A stretch of 63,963 nucleotides of DNA, filler included, from Trypethelium eluteriae (GCA_051942245.1; 5 parts of 5 records of this genome joined end to end with filler, not necessarily neighbours in it); one strand, 5' to 3'. Counted from the first letter of the whole stretch, positions 13,353 to 25,779 are shown. The notes: generated by a model from the sequence alone, not told the origin. Translations and numbers: made by a program.

Positions 13353-13452
13353 NNNNNNNNNNNNNNNNNNNNNNNNNNNNNNNNNNNNNNNNNNNNTTAA
13401 TTAATTAANNNNNNNNNNNNNNNNNNNNNNNNNNNNNNNNNNNNNNNNNNNN
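13353..13452. other. Assembly gap with TTAATTAATTAA stop linker
   Basis: N44 + TTAATTAATTAA + N44; same structure at three other sites. Confidence 0.98.
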
Positions 13453-13591
13453 ATTTGGAGCGATTTGGACAAGGTTAAAAGCAAAGGACCCTACCAAAGG
13501 ACCCTACCCCCTGTCGTGCTAACCCTAACCCTATTTTGCTAACAAAAGCAAAGGACCCTTATAAGAGTCCTTCGCCCCATATAGGTTAGAA

Positions 13592-15091
13592 ACTGCTAAT
13601 ATGCTCTTATTTATTTGCTTTATCTAACCGCTGCCATAGCAACATTACCAACTCTTTTTATGCTCCTTGCTACAGAAATATCTTATGGGCATCTTAAAAG
13701 TAATCCAGTCTCTTATCCTCCCGGCAAGAACCAGCATAAGTAAGACTAATATTAGAACTAGAACCAGATTTATTATTACTTATTTTATTACTTTTACTCT
13801 CTTTCTTGCTGTGCTCTTTATTACTATTATTTTGTTATTATTACTCCCACTCTTCTTTATTCTGAATAATCCGGAGTGTATAATAAATAAACATAATAAG
13901 ATACCTAATATATTATTGCTAACTCTTAATATTCTGCAGTTGCGCTAATAGCTATTAATTAACCTCTTTGCACTTCACACTCTGCAGCTAGCGCTGTGTT
14001 TCTTAAGCTAATATCAACAATCCTTAGACCCCCTGCTCTACTGCCTGCTTAACTGCTTAAGCCGCTTATTATAGCTTAGTTTTATTCTTTTCTAGGAGCT
14101 GGATTGCAACAGTTAGATATTAACAGTTTCGGTTTGCCAGATGTGACAGCTAACCTGTTTAATTATACCAGCCAGTTTGGTTATTTTTGGCCACTTCTGC
14201 ATTAACTACTTATGCCTCTTGCTTTACTTATTCTTGTGTGCTCTTTTATTCATCCAAAAGAGAATTGATGGTTGCTTGCTGCTTAGATAGTGCATTAGTA
14301 TAACTTGCTTAAACAGTAAAGTATCGCCGTTATGCACCCGCTCAAAAAAACATCTATAAAGAAACTTATTTAAAGTAGCTATCCACATCCTTTTTACACC
14401 ACAATAAGCTGTGTTTTTGTTTCTAATGTATCCGTAGCGCGTCTTAATTGACTGTCAGATAGTTACATGTTGTAACGGTACAATAAAACCCTTCCAACAG
14501 CGGACCCAGTACTAAAAATGGCGGGCACATCAGCAGCGGCTAATCCACTTCCTTGGGCTTTTTGATCTATTGATAATGGTATTTCTTAATAAGTGCTGTC
14601 TATATGTTAATTGGGAGTGTGTAGTGGTTGCGGAGATGTGTTTATAAATTCTTAATTCCAGTTGCATGTTGCCAATAAATAAAAATATAATATCGCCGGA
14701 GATAATAAAGCTGCTGTTTAGCCTCTTCTATAGTAACAGTATGTTTGGGGGCAGTTACTGCTGCTTATTATTATTTTAATGTTCCTTTTACTGCAGCGGT
14801 TGCGGTCTATGCATTCCAGCAGAACTCTATTACTATAATTATGAGGATCTCTTGCACTCTTCTTCCATAATTCTATTTTTATAATCTAAAACAGAAATTA
14901 GGTTTGCCTGGATTATGCAACGCAATTAATACCGTGTTTGCCTCCAGTAACCAGGGTGGAAGAGTGAATGAATAAACCCTACAGACACTGCGAAAGAACC
15001 CCTTGGGCCCGCCTGAACGGGTTTAGCGATACCCCAACCCTAGCCCGATCGGGACGAATCATGGTTCGTTCGTGCGATCCTCTCGGATAGG
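13592..15091 (-). mobile_element. 5' 1.5 kb copy of RIP-mutated DUF3505 (OrsD-like) element, copy 1
   Basis: Direct repeat of 16954-18453 differing mostly by transitions. Minus-strand consensus reads QLYYLRRYxILIxxQHATxIKNL..HLRNxHTL...KKPKEVD.P..CP.F.VLGPLLEGFYCTVTTCNYLTVN.DALRIH.KQKH, the DUF3505-type Zn-binding N-terminus. Confidence 0.8.
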
Positions 15092-18000
15092 ACCACTACT
15101 ATTATAACCTTAGCATTTATTAATCATGCCAGTATTATAAATAATAAGCTCTTTCCTCCCCCTATTAGTAAAATAATTATAAGCAGTATTACCCCAGCAA
15201 TAACTGCCTGGATTGCTTAACCTTATTTTACTAATTTAAACTGCGCATTTAAACCACCCAGTACTTGCTGCAGTGCCTGCTGTATTGCTATATTTATGTG
15301 TTTAATCCGTTTAACTTATTTATTATAGTAATCTGAATTAATTAGGGGTTTAGTTGTGTTATATAATTATTAATTCTTAATACTTCCTTTATTAATCCCT
15401 TCTGCCCTCTGCTTAATATCTGCTCCTACTTTTATTTATTCCTCTCTCTTAATTTTTATACCGCTATTCTTCTTTATTATTATTTTTATTTGCTTAATTC
15501 CCAGCCCAGTTATTTAATTTTAAATCTCTTACCTTGGCTTTTATTATTAATCCCAGTTTATAATAAGCCCTAAAAACTGATGCTATTATTTATTTAATAG
15601 CTAAAAGACCTTAATTAATTGCTTACTTAAATGTTTAATAATATCAACTAGAATATTATAGTTATTAATCCCAATCTGTGTTGTATAAGCACTCTGCAGC
15701 TCTAGCACACTCTTGCCCTCTTCTTTTTCCACTTTAGTTTCTTCCCCTTCTCTAATATTATTCTAATACCCCTAACTAAATTACTCCCCTATTATCCGCT
15801 GTTTAATACTTATAACAACATGTTAATAGTTTAATATTATTAATATTACCCCCAACCGCTTTGCTGTTTTATGCTTAATAATATATATTATACAACCTAT
15901 ATCCCACAGGCCCTGCTTATCAGCCTATATGTAATTATAGTCCTTACTGGTCTTACCTAATACTTATACTTAAAGATATTCTACTTACTGCTGCACATAT
16001 GCTAAATAAATTACTATTATATGCCCTAGCTGTACCGGCAAAAAATAGGGCATAATCTTTAGTTTGTCCTATTGTAACTATAATTTATAATACTGGATTA
16101 CAGTTATTACTTGCCCATCCACCACAAAAATATTGCAATCCTATAAAAAGCTGTTGTAATGCCGCATTATTATAATTTTGGTCCCCTATGCTGGTTGTCC
16201 GGATGTAATGTGTATGCTTACAAGCAGCTATTCTAGCTACTGCTTAACTTAACATAAGTATTATTGTACATCTTATTACTTTTATTACCCACCTTATAAC
16301 CGCATATCTTATTTAGTTAGACTCCTTAATATTTATTCCAGCATTTACTTTAGCCCCCCCTTAAGTTAATTTCTAGCTTGGTTAACCACTAAAACTCCTT
16401 ATTATGTGAATGTGATATTATTAACCAACTGCTTTATTAAAATAATAAACTGTGCTATACAGTCTGTTACCTACATTAATTTTTCTTAAAGACTATTTTT
16501 TATTTTGTGCATAAAATCTTATGCTATTTATTAAAATTATTAAATCACAACCAGTTATTTATAAATATAAAACTATTTGCCATCTTATAACCATTATATT
16601 TGCCCTGCGTTACCAGTATTTAATCCAATTGCTTTATTATATGCAAGTAGACTAAGCATTTTGCTTATCAGACTATACAACTTATTAATTAAGTATTGTT
16701 TATATTTATTTAAAAAGTACGCCTATTATTTATCTCTCTGCTACTCTTATTTACTTAATAGCAGCAAAATCTTAACAGCAATTACCCGCACACAGTAAAC
16801 CACACCAGTGAGCATATATAAATAGCTTTTTGCTGTCCGCAGTTAATCCATCTCTTTATTAATCCTAAGAATAGCTAAAAAATAAATTAATTTACTTATA
16901 AATAAATTATCCTTAATTGTTATTAAAATAAATAATTACAGCACTGCAAAAAGACTGCTAATATGCTCCTATTTATTTGCTTTATTTAACCGCTGCTATA
17001 GCAATGTTATTAACTCTTTTTATGCTCCTTGTTATAAAAATATCTTATGGGCATCTTAAAAGTAATCCAGTTTTTTATCCTCCCAGCTAAAATTAGTATA
17101 AATAAAATTAATATTAAAACCAGAATTAGATTTATTATTACTTATCTTATTACTTTTACTCTCTTCCTTACTGTGCTCTTTATTACTATTATTTTATTAT
17201 TATTACTCCCACTTTTCTTTATTCTAAATAATCTGGAGTATATAATAAATAAACATAATAAGATACCCAGTATATTATTGCTGACTCTTAATATTCTGCA
17301 GTCACGCTAATAGCTGTTAATTAACCTCTTCGCGCTTCGCACTCCGCAGCCAGCGCTATGTTTTTTAAGCTAATATTAATAATCCTTAGACCCCCTGCTC
17401 CACTGCCCGCTTAACTGCTTAAGCTGCTTATTATAGCTTAGTTTTATTCTTTTTTAGGAGCCGGATTGCAGCAGCTAGATATTAACAGTTTTGGTTTGCT
17501 AAATGTGATGGCTAACCTATTTAATTATACCAGCCAGTTCAGTTATTTTTGGCCACTTCTGCATCAACCACCTATGCCTCTTGCTCCACTTATTCTTATA
17601 TGCTTTTCCATTCATCCAAAAGAAAATCAATAATTGCTTGCTGCTTAGATAGTGTACTAATATAACTTACTTAAACAGTAAAGTATTACTATTATGCACC
17701 CGCTTAAAAAAATGTCTGTAAAAAAACTTATTTAAAGTAGCTATCTATGTCCTTTTTACACCACAATAAGCAGTATTTTTGTTTTTAATATATCCATAGC
17801 GTGTTTTAATTAATTATTAAATAGTTACACATTATAACGGTATAATAAAACCCTTCCAACAGCAGACCTAGTATTAAAAATAGCGGGCATATTAGCAGCG
17901 GCTAATCCACTTCTTTGGGCTTTTTAATCTATTAATAACAGTATTTCTTAATAAGTGCTGTCCATATATTAATTAGGAGTGTGTAATAATTGCGGAGATG

Positions 18001-18453
18001 TGTTTATAAATTCTTAATTGCAATTGCATATTGCTAATAAATAAGAATATAATATCGCCGGAGATAATAAAGCTGCTATTCAGCCTCTTTTATAATAACA
18101 GTACATTCGGGGGTGGTTGCTGCTGCTTATCATTATTTTGATATTCCTCTTACTGCAGTGGTTATAGTCTGTGCATTCCAGCAGAACTCCATTACTACAG
18201 TTATAAGGATCTCTTACACTCTTCTTTTATGCTTCTATTTCTATAATCTAAGACGGAAATTAGGTTCTCCTGGATTGTGTGACGTAATTAATACCATATT
18301 CGCCTCCAGTAACCAGGGTGGAAGAGTAAATGGATGAACCCTACGGACACCGCGAAAGAACCCCTTTAGCCCGCCCGAACAGGTCTAGCGATACCCCAAC
18401 CCTAGCCCGATCGGGACGAATCATGGTTCGTTCGTGCGATCCTCTCGGATAGG
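15092..18453 (-). mobile_element. RIP-degraded DUF3505 element, copy 2: DUF3505, tyrosine-recombinase-like core, start of RecQ-like helicase (cut at 15092 by copy 1)
   Basis: Stop-riddled minus frame: FLAILRINKEMD*LRTAKSYLYMLTGVVYCVRVIAV...SKMLSLLAY; HITSGQPA*GTKI (16177-16200); AKRLGV...NY*HVVISI; LELQSAYTTQIGINNY; HQFLGL; then IILLIGGGKSLLF (Walker A, 15148-15162). Confidence 0.75.
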
Positions 18454-19663
18454 CTTCTTATTATTAATAGCTATAATAGCTATATTAATAAAGCCTTCCT
18501 TAAGTACTGTGATATATATTAAATTCTTATAGCTGTATTTCTACTTTATTTAATATATTAACTTTAGCTTTTTAACATAAGCCTATTTAGCCCTCTTATA
18601 ACCTATTATTTTTAAAACTTAAATAACTGGCTTGCAAAGTTTTAGGTGTTAATAATCCTTTAAAAGTTAGACTTTTTTAGTCTATTTTAGCCTGCATTTA
18701 AGAAGGTGTTTTTACTGTCTAATATTAAGAGTGCATAACAAAAGATAGGCCTTTATTTATTTAATCTGTTTATTATTTTTAAATAATTATTAACACAATT
18801 AAAGGAACTTAATAATAATGCATTAAGTTCGGCCTTATTTACACACCTTTTTTAACCAGTTTTATAATAATTATAAAAGGAATTCTTTATCCAAATAAGC
18901 AAATCCTTCTAAAAGGAGTTTAATAAATTTAAAGTAAAGCTTCTTAAGATATTAATTAAAAATAAGGTACTAAAATATAAGAATAAAGGGCTAAAAAAGG
19001 TAATAAAGCTTAAGCAAAGGTAATAAAAACCTTAATAAGTAATAAAAATGCCTAATAAGCATAGCAGTGCAGTTATTTACACCTTATTAAAGGTGTAGGC
19101 TATTTGTAATACTAATGCACAAAAAGAGCAGGATAAAGCACAAAAACTATATTAAAGGCAAAAGCAACAGTTTTAAATACAAGCTAGGAAGCAAGTAGAA
19201 TATAAAGCTAAAGCAAAATATTGTTAAGACTGTAAACAAGCTTAAGCTGAGTGACATACGCAGAAAGAAATCCAAATACAGCAGAGACATAAGGCTCTAT
19301 AGCAGCAAGCCATTAATAGGCAGGTCCAAAATAAGGTTAAACACCAAGCTAGATCTAAACAAAAGCAGCCAACGTAGTCAAATCAGCCTTAAAATGTTGA
19401 GGTTAAGGTAGATCCCCCGCAAAATAATGCCGAAGTGGCTTCGGACTTAAGGCGTTCGCAACACCAACAACGCCCTCCACAATAGCTTTCTCAGTAATTT
19501 TAGCGACTCAAAAATTGCATCTAATCGAGAGCGTTATTTTGATATAATTTATATTATTCTAGCTACTCTAATTGTTGAGATAAATGCATCCAAAGCTGAG
19601 GTGGTGGAACCAATTTGGGGTGTGCAGGTGGTGGGACCGTGCAGGTGGTGGGGAAAACCCATA
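18454..19663 (+). mobile_element. 3' half of RIP-mutated Pogo/Fot1 (Tc1-mariner) DDE transposon
   Basis: LLIINSYNSYINKAFLKYC...ILIAVFLLYLIY*L*LFNISLFSPL is the RIP form of LLIxDGHxSH...PPHSTHxLQPLDVxxFSPL; later SNIKSA*QKIGLYLFN. Ends in the TIR-like GTGCAGGTGGTGGGACCGTGCAGGTGGTGGGGAAAACCCA-TA. Confidence 0.85.
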
Positions 19664-19945
19664 CCTATGCGGCCATTGTCCGCTTACCTCACCAATCAGC
19701 CTATTGGTCTGCCCATTTAGTTCCGTTGTTCCGCCGCCGCGAATGACGTCACCGCACTTTCACGTGAGGGTACTTTTTTTCGCCATCATCCACAGTCACG
19801 CATCAAACTGTGGCACGGGAATGTCTGCTCCACAAAGCTTCTGAAGCTCACAGCCGTTCCTACGCGTTGTTCACTCTCTAAGTTTGGGACTTCCAAGACG
19901 CAGCCCCATGTCGCGTCCTAATCTATCTACATGCAGAGGGTAGCA

Positions 19946-20760
19946 ATGGCGACATTCGAGTTGAACTTCTGGACGAATGACAAGGAAACGAAGCGCGAGT
20001 GTCAGCTTATCGTCGGTGGCTTGCTGCAATCACCGGAATTCCGCTAAATTGCGCGCACTACGAGAGATCGCTTGTGGAGTTTCTTGCAAAAATTTCTCGA
20101 GATCCAGGTAGACCCAAAACATGCTTTGCGCGTATTCAAAGAATTGCAATCGATATTCAACGATAATTCTCTTGACGACGTTACCTATCTTCTGTCCAGC
20201 CTCGAAAATATCGTCGCCCTGGCTTTAATATCCTTCCGAAGCTCGGGTGAAGCCTTAACCGGCTTTATAGAAAGCGAAATCGAACAAGGGGGCACATTGA
20301 GTAAGCTTGAGCACGCCCTGAACCACACTGAGCAAGCCTAAGAGCACACTGAGCTACTATGAGCTGAAGTGGGCGCAGCTTGAGCTAGCATGATTTAACC
20401 AACATGGTGCCTAAACTTAGGACCCCTGTTCTAGGCAACCAGCGGAAAGCCTTAGAAGGAGCCCAAATTGTGGCCCCTTAAGACTTGGCAATAATTACCT
20501 CCAGCCAAATTAATGACAAGGCTCTAAGGGTTTTAACGGTAAGGGTTTTCCGACCAGCAGCAATATTACTGAGTAGCTATGATCCCATACACAATGCCCT
20601 CTCCTTACATCTAGCTCAGTAAGTGGTATTAGTACACCGACTCAGCCAAATCAAGCCCAGCCCATCTTCAATTGAATGCCAGGAACAAAGTGTTAGGAAA
20701 ATTAGTGGACACCACATATTTCAGAATGTGCCTTAGACCGTACAACTTATGCCGGGATAG
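19946..20760 (+). pseudogene. Possible decayed gene interrupted by a MITE-like repeat
   Basis: ATG 19946 is in frame with the 20072 ORF except for one TAA at 20045 (CAA>TAA type); the frame runs into the repeat at ~20285 and coding-like sequence with scattered stops resumes after 20434. Confidence 0.3.
20285..20434 (+). repeat. ~150 bp MITE-like repeat, copy A
   Basis: Aligns by eye to the reverse complement of 24981-25130 (shared GAGCTACyrTGAGCTGAA..GGCGCAGCyTGAGCTAGCAT...TGGTGCCyrAA..yAGGACCCCT); ends resemble CAGGGG...CCCCTG. Confidence 0.6.
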
Positions 20761-21151
20761 AACTTTCTAAGGATCAGGACGCCACTCGTGAGAGAGACAC
20801 GATGAGGGCTGCGCTTGACCGTCTGAGAGAACAGCTGAAGTTCGAGGTCCCAGTGAGCAGGAAAAAAGCAACGCCTAAAACGTGCACATGCATGGGATTA
20901 TGGCATACTAGCGGCGAGTGAAGCTCCGGCGTATGCGAGAAGGTAACAAGGGATCAAGTTCCTTTGGCTTCTACCAGGTGTTGTACTCAATCGGTTCACT
21001 ATTTCCTGGTGCCTGCATGCGGTCTGGCAGCACGGATCCTTCTCTTTTTGAATAGCGGTTGCCCGACTGTAACCCACCCGTGTTCTCAATATTGGCGGAT
21101 CCTTACCGTGTCCATCTTCTCTGCAGATTGAGTTGGGAAAGCGGAAAGCTT

Positions 21152-23575
21152 TCATCCGTTATAGCTGCGGTAGCGTTTATACACCAAGCGATTAGGGCCT
21201 CCCAGAAGCAGTTCGCCGGGATCACAGGGGTCATCGGCAATCCTCGTGCCGATCCATCCAGGCTTCTCGTCTAAGACACGAACGTTGTCAGCATTCGAAG
21301 CCGCCATGAGGGGGAGATCTTCAGCGATAGCCGCCCCGACACGCATCATCGCGAACGAATCGAGTTGACTGGTCCAATGACGAGTGTGAATGCTATAACT
21401 CGCCATTGCGAACAACCCGAGTAAGAAGAGTCCCAGAATACAGGAGATGAGAACAATGGCCTGTTTAGAGATGACGGGAATCTGGATGTCTTGACCAGGA
21501 TCGTAGGAAACAAAGAAATTGTCGGCGTCAGTGGCTTCTCGTGATAGCCAAATTTCGTTGGTCAAGAACGCAGCTCCATTCCAAGCTCTCGTAAAGACAT
21601 CGTCGCCGTTGTAATCATGGATAGCGTCGCTTTCAGGAACAAGACTGAGCATGTATGCGAGCATTTGGAATCGCAAGCTAATGCCATCAATTGCCTTGTA
21701 GTTAAGGCAAGGATATAGCGTGGTGACATCAGGATTCGTTCCAAAGGTGATGGCAAGCAGTGGTTGAAATGGAACAACGTCGGCACAGGACTCCAGCAAA
21801 CGGCCTTCCATATCATTTTCCGGGTTTTCAAATATCCATGCCTCTGGACTGCGAGACCGAACGTCGATGAAAGATCCTTTACCAAACAAAGCCATCGCGA
21901 TAGTAAGAAGCGGACCGTTGTTTCGATAAGTCTCTTGAGTTTGCCCTGAAACATAATTCTGAAATCCGGTATCCTTTGCTCTTTTCCGAGGTTGTGCATC
22001 TTTGAAGCTACTGAAGTTAGTCAGATGGCTCCAAATGCAAGGTCTTGGTCGACGTACTCTTGGTCGTGCCACTGATCATTACAATCAATGCCGCAGTGAC
22101 CTTTGGGGTCGTCTGCCAGCAACGGTTGTGCAACGCCTCCGTTCTTTGCATTGGGCAGCTCAAAGTACCCAGCAGTCGTGTTAAGATTTACTCTATATGT
22201 TCCATTGACTATTCGTGGGAGATTACTGACATTATTCTCGTCTGGCGTAGTATCGCTGACAGGATAGTTCCCATAGAACGAAGAATTGCAAGAAAAGTCG
22301 ACGTAGAGTGTTTCAGAGAAATCTTGACGTTGCCGTGTATATTTCCAAGGTGAGATCGTAGCGTCAATTGGCATACAGGCGGTAAAATTGTACCATTCGC
22401 CAGTAGTAAGGTTGGAAAAAGTGTAGTGGGCGTAGAATGACCCATTGATCTGCGCACAGTCCTGGGGATACTCAGAGATATCGATGTGCTCATATCGCGC
22501 CGTCGAATTTATGCGAGGTGCAAATTGCTTAATAACTCCAGTGTTGAACCCGAACGGTAATTGAGCTAAGAAAGGGTCTTCAAGGGACGAATAAAGAGCT
22601 AGCGTGTTAGCTCCTTGGTTACAATATTCTGTTGTCGGATCAAAGACGTTTACACTTGAATTAACTATACTGCAAGAACGCTGATCGGTTGACCAAAGCC
22701 GTACTTGTGGATCGTTAATCGATGCGATAGCCATCGCACTCCGGGCTCGTACCACATTTGGACTAACGACTGTTATATCGTATTCACGTAGCGCTGAAGA
22801 TGTGATATCTACTAAAGGCTCGGTGGTCGGTAGGCTGCAACTGGCCTTAGAAGGAACTTTGAGGGTCTTCTGAGACAGGAAAAATTCTTGCAATGGCCCT
22901 ACCATGGCGCCTGTTTTTGTCAAAAATGTTTTGAAATATGTTTTGTTAATACCTACCAGTAGCAACCAGCAGGATGGATATTAGAAGAAAACTAGACCAA
23001 AAGCGCGCAGGGTTTTGCATAAGCTTGAACCAAATCCCGAGATCGTTCCAGCCCCTGTCCGCAAGTACCATCATCTGCCGTAGAGAGAGCTTGGTGTCTT
23101 TCCTGCCTCGCTGTGTGAAGACGACAGCAGCCCGGGCGCACACGGCTGTAGCCAACGGAACGCTCAACACATTCGTAATCGCTTGAGCAACTCTTGCAGC
23201 TCGAAACCAACGCGCATTTGCGGTGAAATCCGGAGCAGGGCCGGCGCGGCACGCGAGCGGATCGGATGAGTTCACCACGCGATATGCATAGGAGTCTAAG
23301 CCTGCTTTGATAGGATGGCTCGACAAGATACAAGTGATCGCCCAGGCGAACAAAGCAAGAGTAGCGTAGACAAGGACGGGGAACAGAACGTAAGGCGAAA
23401 AGGAAAGCTTCGTAGTCGATCGACTCGACACTTTTTCAGAGGCTTCTAGTAGAGAATCTGCGTCAGGCGTCGGTTCGTTTGTAGCCCTAGAGTTGAGAAA
23501 GTCGAGAAAGTCGCTGCCGATGTCGCATTGCGTTGAACGAATCGAAAACGGGTCTTGTCCTTTGATCCGGCTCAT
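21152..23575 (-). CDS. Fungal multi-pass membrane hypothetical protein, 3 exons (introns ~22911-22956 and ~22008-22057)
   Basis: Three consecutive minus ORFs linked by GTAGGT...CAG and GTACGT...CTAAC..CAGTAG introns; hydrophobic segments near both termini, N-glycosylation sequons in the middle. Confidence 0.75.
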
Positions 23576-24980
23576 GAGTGCAGCCTTCCAAATCGAAAGG
23601 GTTTTGATGAAAAAGTAAAATCTTTATTGGAAAGGGCACAAGCTCCACAACCAAGACCCCACAGACTATACGAAGAAGATGAAAGGCGAGATAAACTGCG
23701 GAGAAATGAAGCGCACCACCAGCTTTGCACGGGCAATGCATTTTTGGCGCGGGCAAATGCTACCCTGGCATAGCGCCCTGCAACAAATCCGCGTTCTCAA
23801 AAAGCAAATAGCAAGGCAGACTCGGGTCATTAATGGGAACGCATGGGAAGACTTACAGTCTCAGCCATAGCCGTAGTTAGGCTCAGATGCGGAAATTGCG
23901 ACCAGCGCTTGCAACTCCAATCACATCACCGGACCTAGCACCGCACGGTTGGCATCGTGTTTCTCCATGCGAATTTTCGTCGTTTCTGGACAAGAACTGA
24001 ATATCTACTTTAGCTTGAGATAACAATGGATCGTCGGGGCGCGCTGCAGGAGCATGAGGGAGTTCTGTGCATACATGCAAGAGCCATTGCCAGTCTGTTG
24101 CGTATTAACTGTAGAGGCCGCTTGCGCTCATTTGCATCCGATGCCAGCAGGGTGAAGCGACGAGGCAATCGGTGACACGACATTCAGCAACTCAAGTTGC
24201 TCGATGAAGGGCTGAAGACTGAATCTGAGAACAAAACGCGATTACAATTGAAAGCCGCTTTGCCTAATTTGGCTAGGCATACTAGATCAGGCGAATTGCA
24301 CGCGATTCTTACGCGACGCGTCACTACTTTGAGCTGGCAAAACCCTGAAAGCAAAAACATGTCTTGATACTACTTCGTCTTTCATTCCGTAGTCTAGATT
24401 GGTAGATGGCTGATGCAAAGCTGCATCCCACGATCAACCCTTCACGAACTTGTAGCGACCTTTCTCCAAAGTAAGCTTGACATTCACGACTCTCGACCTC
24501 TCCGTGTATGCTGACACTGAGTTGTCAAAGGGACGATCTGCAATCTTAGACTTATGAAGACTGCCTTCTTCACCGTCCTCATATAATCCTAAAAGAGTGT
24601 CTTCTCGATAGATGTAGAGCAGCGGCAGCACATTATGTCTCTAGAATGGAACTTTCGCCCGCTTTGTCTTCCACACTGTGCCCAACCAAGTGATAGCGAT
24701 AGAAGAGGATATCAAAAGTTTAGACGGTGGCAGCTGCAACAAGTTCCGCGAAAGCCAAGCTCGTTGAGGTTGGCATGTAGGGCCAGCTTGGCGCAGATGG
24801 GTTCAATCAACGAAGGAGATGAACAATCCTATCACACCACGCACAGCGCACTGCAACTCTGCAAGGTTACAGAGCTCGAGGCGCAGTGCCATAGACAGTC
24901 TAATGGTAAGTATTGTCGAGTTTCAAGGGGCCGGGAATTGGGCTCCTTCTGACGTGGTCAGAACCCTTCATACAATTCCA

Positions 24981-25130
24981 CTAGGATAGGGGTCCTGGAT
25001 TCGGGCACCACTCGGATCAGATAATGCTAGCTCAGGCTGCGCCTAATTCAGCTCACGGTAGCTCGGGGCGTACTCAGTGTGGCTCAGTGACAGCTTCGGC
25101 TACTGACTCAGCGCTCAAGCTGCACCCCTG
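24981..25130 (-). repeat. ~150 bp MITE-like repeat, copy B (inverted relative to A)
   Basis: TAGGGGTCC...TGCACCCCTG short terminal inverted repeats; homologous to 20285-20434. Confidence 0.6.
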
Positions 25131-25779
25131 TGTAATAAACGTTCGAAAGCAGAAATGGAATTTGTATGAGGGTAGTTTGCCCTTCAAGATTCCCCGCTAG
25201 CAGCAAAAACGCACGAACTCAATGTCTGACAGGTTGGTCCGAGTGATTGTCGGACGAAAATGTCAACGGGACCCGAGTGTTCGGGCCGGAATGTATGCTT
25301 GGGCACGGTTGCAGATTTGGCTTACACCGTCGGGCCGATTAGGCTGAAGACGGAAACGAGACTGCATGCCCCAATCACCGGCAAGCTCAAGCTTTATGAT
25401 AAGGCCAGCTACATGTGAGCGGGCAGAGCCGGCTGCTATTACTGTGTAGAAAAGATTATGTATATTTTATCTATAAATCGGGAAGGGATTCTATGTCTAA
25501 AATGGTGTCTAGCGAATCATGTCCATTTAAGAAAGGATAGGTGCATTATGAAATCTTTTTTAGATTATTATAAAATTGTTGCTTAACTTTAAAGCGGAAT
25601 ATATATTATTTATTTACACCTAACATAAATATTGAGGATATAAGGCGACCTGATCCAGACCCTCTTGTCAGATCATGTTACTCAATTGTTTACTGAATTG
25701 TCCACTTTTGCGTTTAATACTTCGGATTATCCAAGAATTTTAATAATAATTTGTATTATCATTTGTATTTTATTCGCAA

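Noticed and set aside
13397..13408. TTAATTAATTAA palindromic motif repeated four times inside N-runs
   Set aside because: Six-frame stop linker added during scaffolding; not biological. True gap sizes are unknown (SWA2, SCJ1 and coronin parts are missing).
13667..18337. Hydrophobic Ile/Leu/Phe-rich plus-strand ORFs resembling membrane or mitochondrial proteins
   Set aside because: Antisense by-products of AT-rich RIP-mutated transposon sequence.
13592..18453. 1.5-kb direct repeats read as LTRs of a retrotransposon
   Set aside because: No TG...CA ends, no gag/pol between them, and the repeats themselves encode DUF3505.
24434..24631. 65-aa minus ORF with protein-like composition
   Set aside because: No recognisable domain or supporting exon structure.
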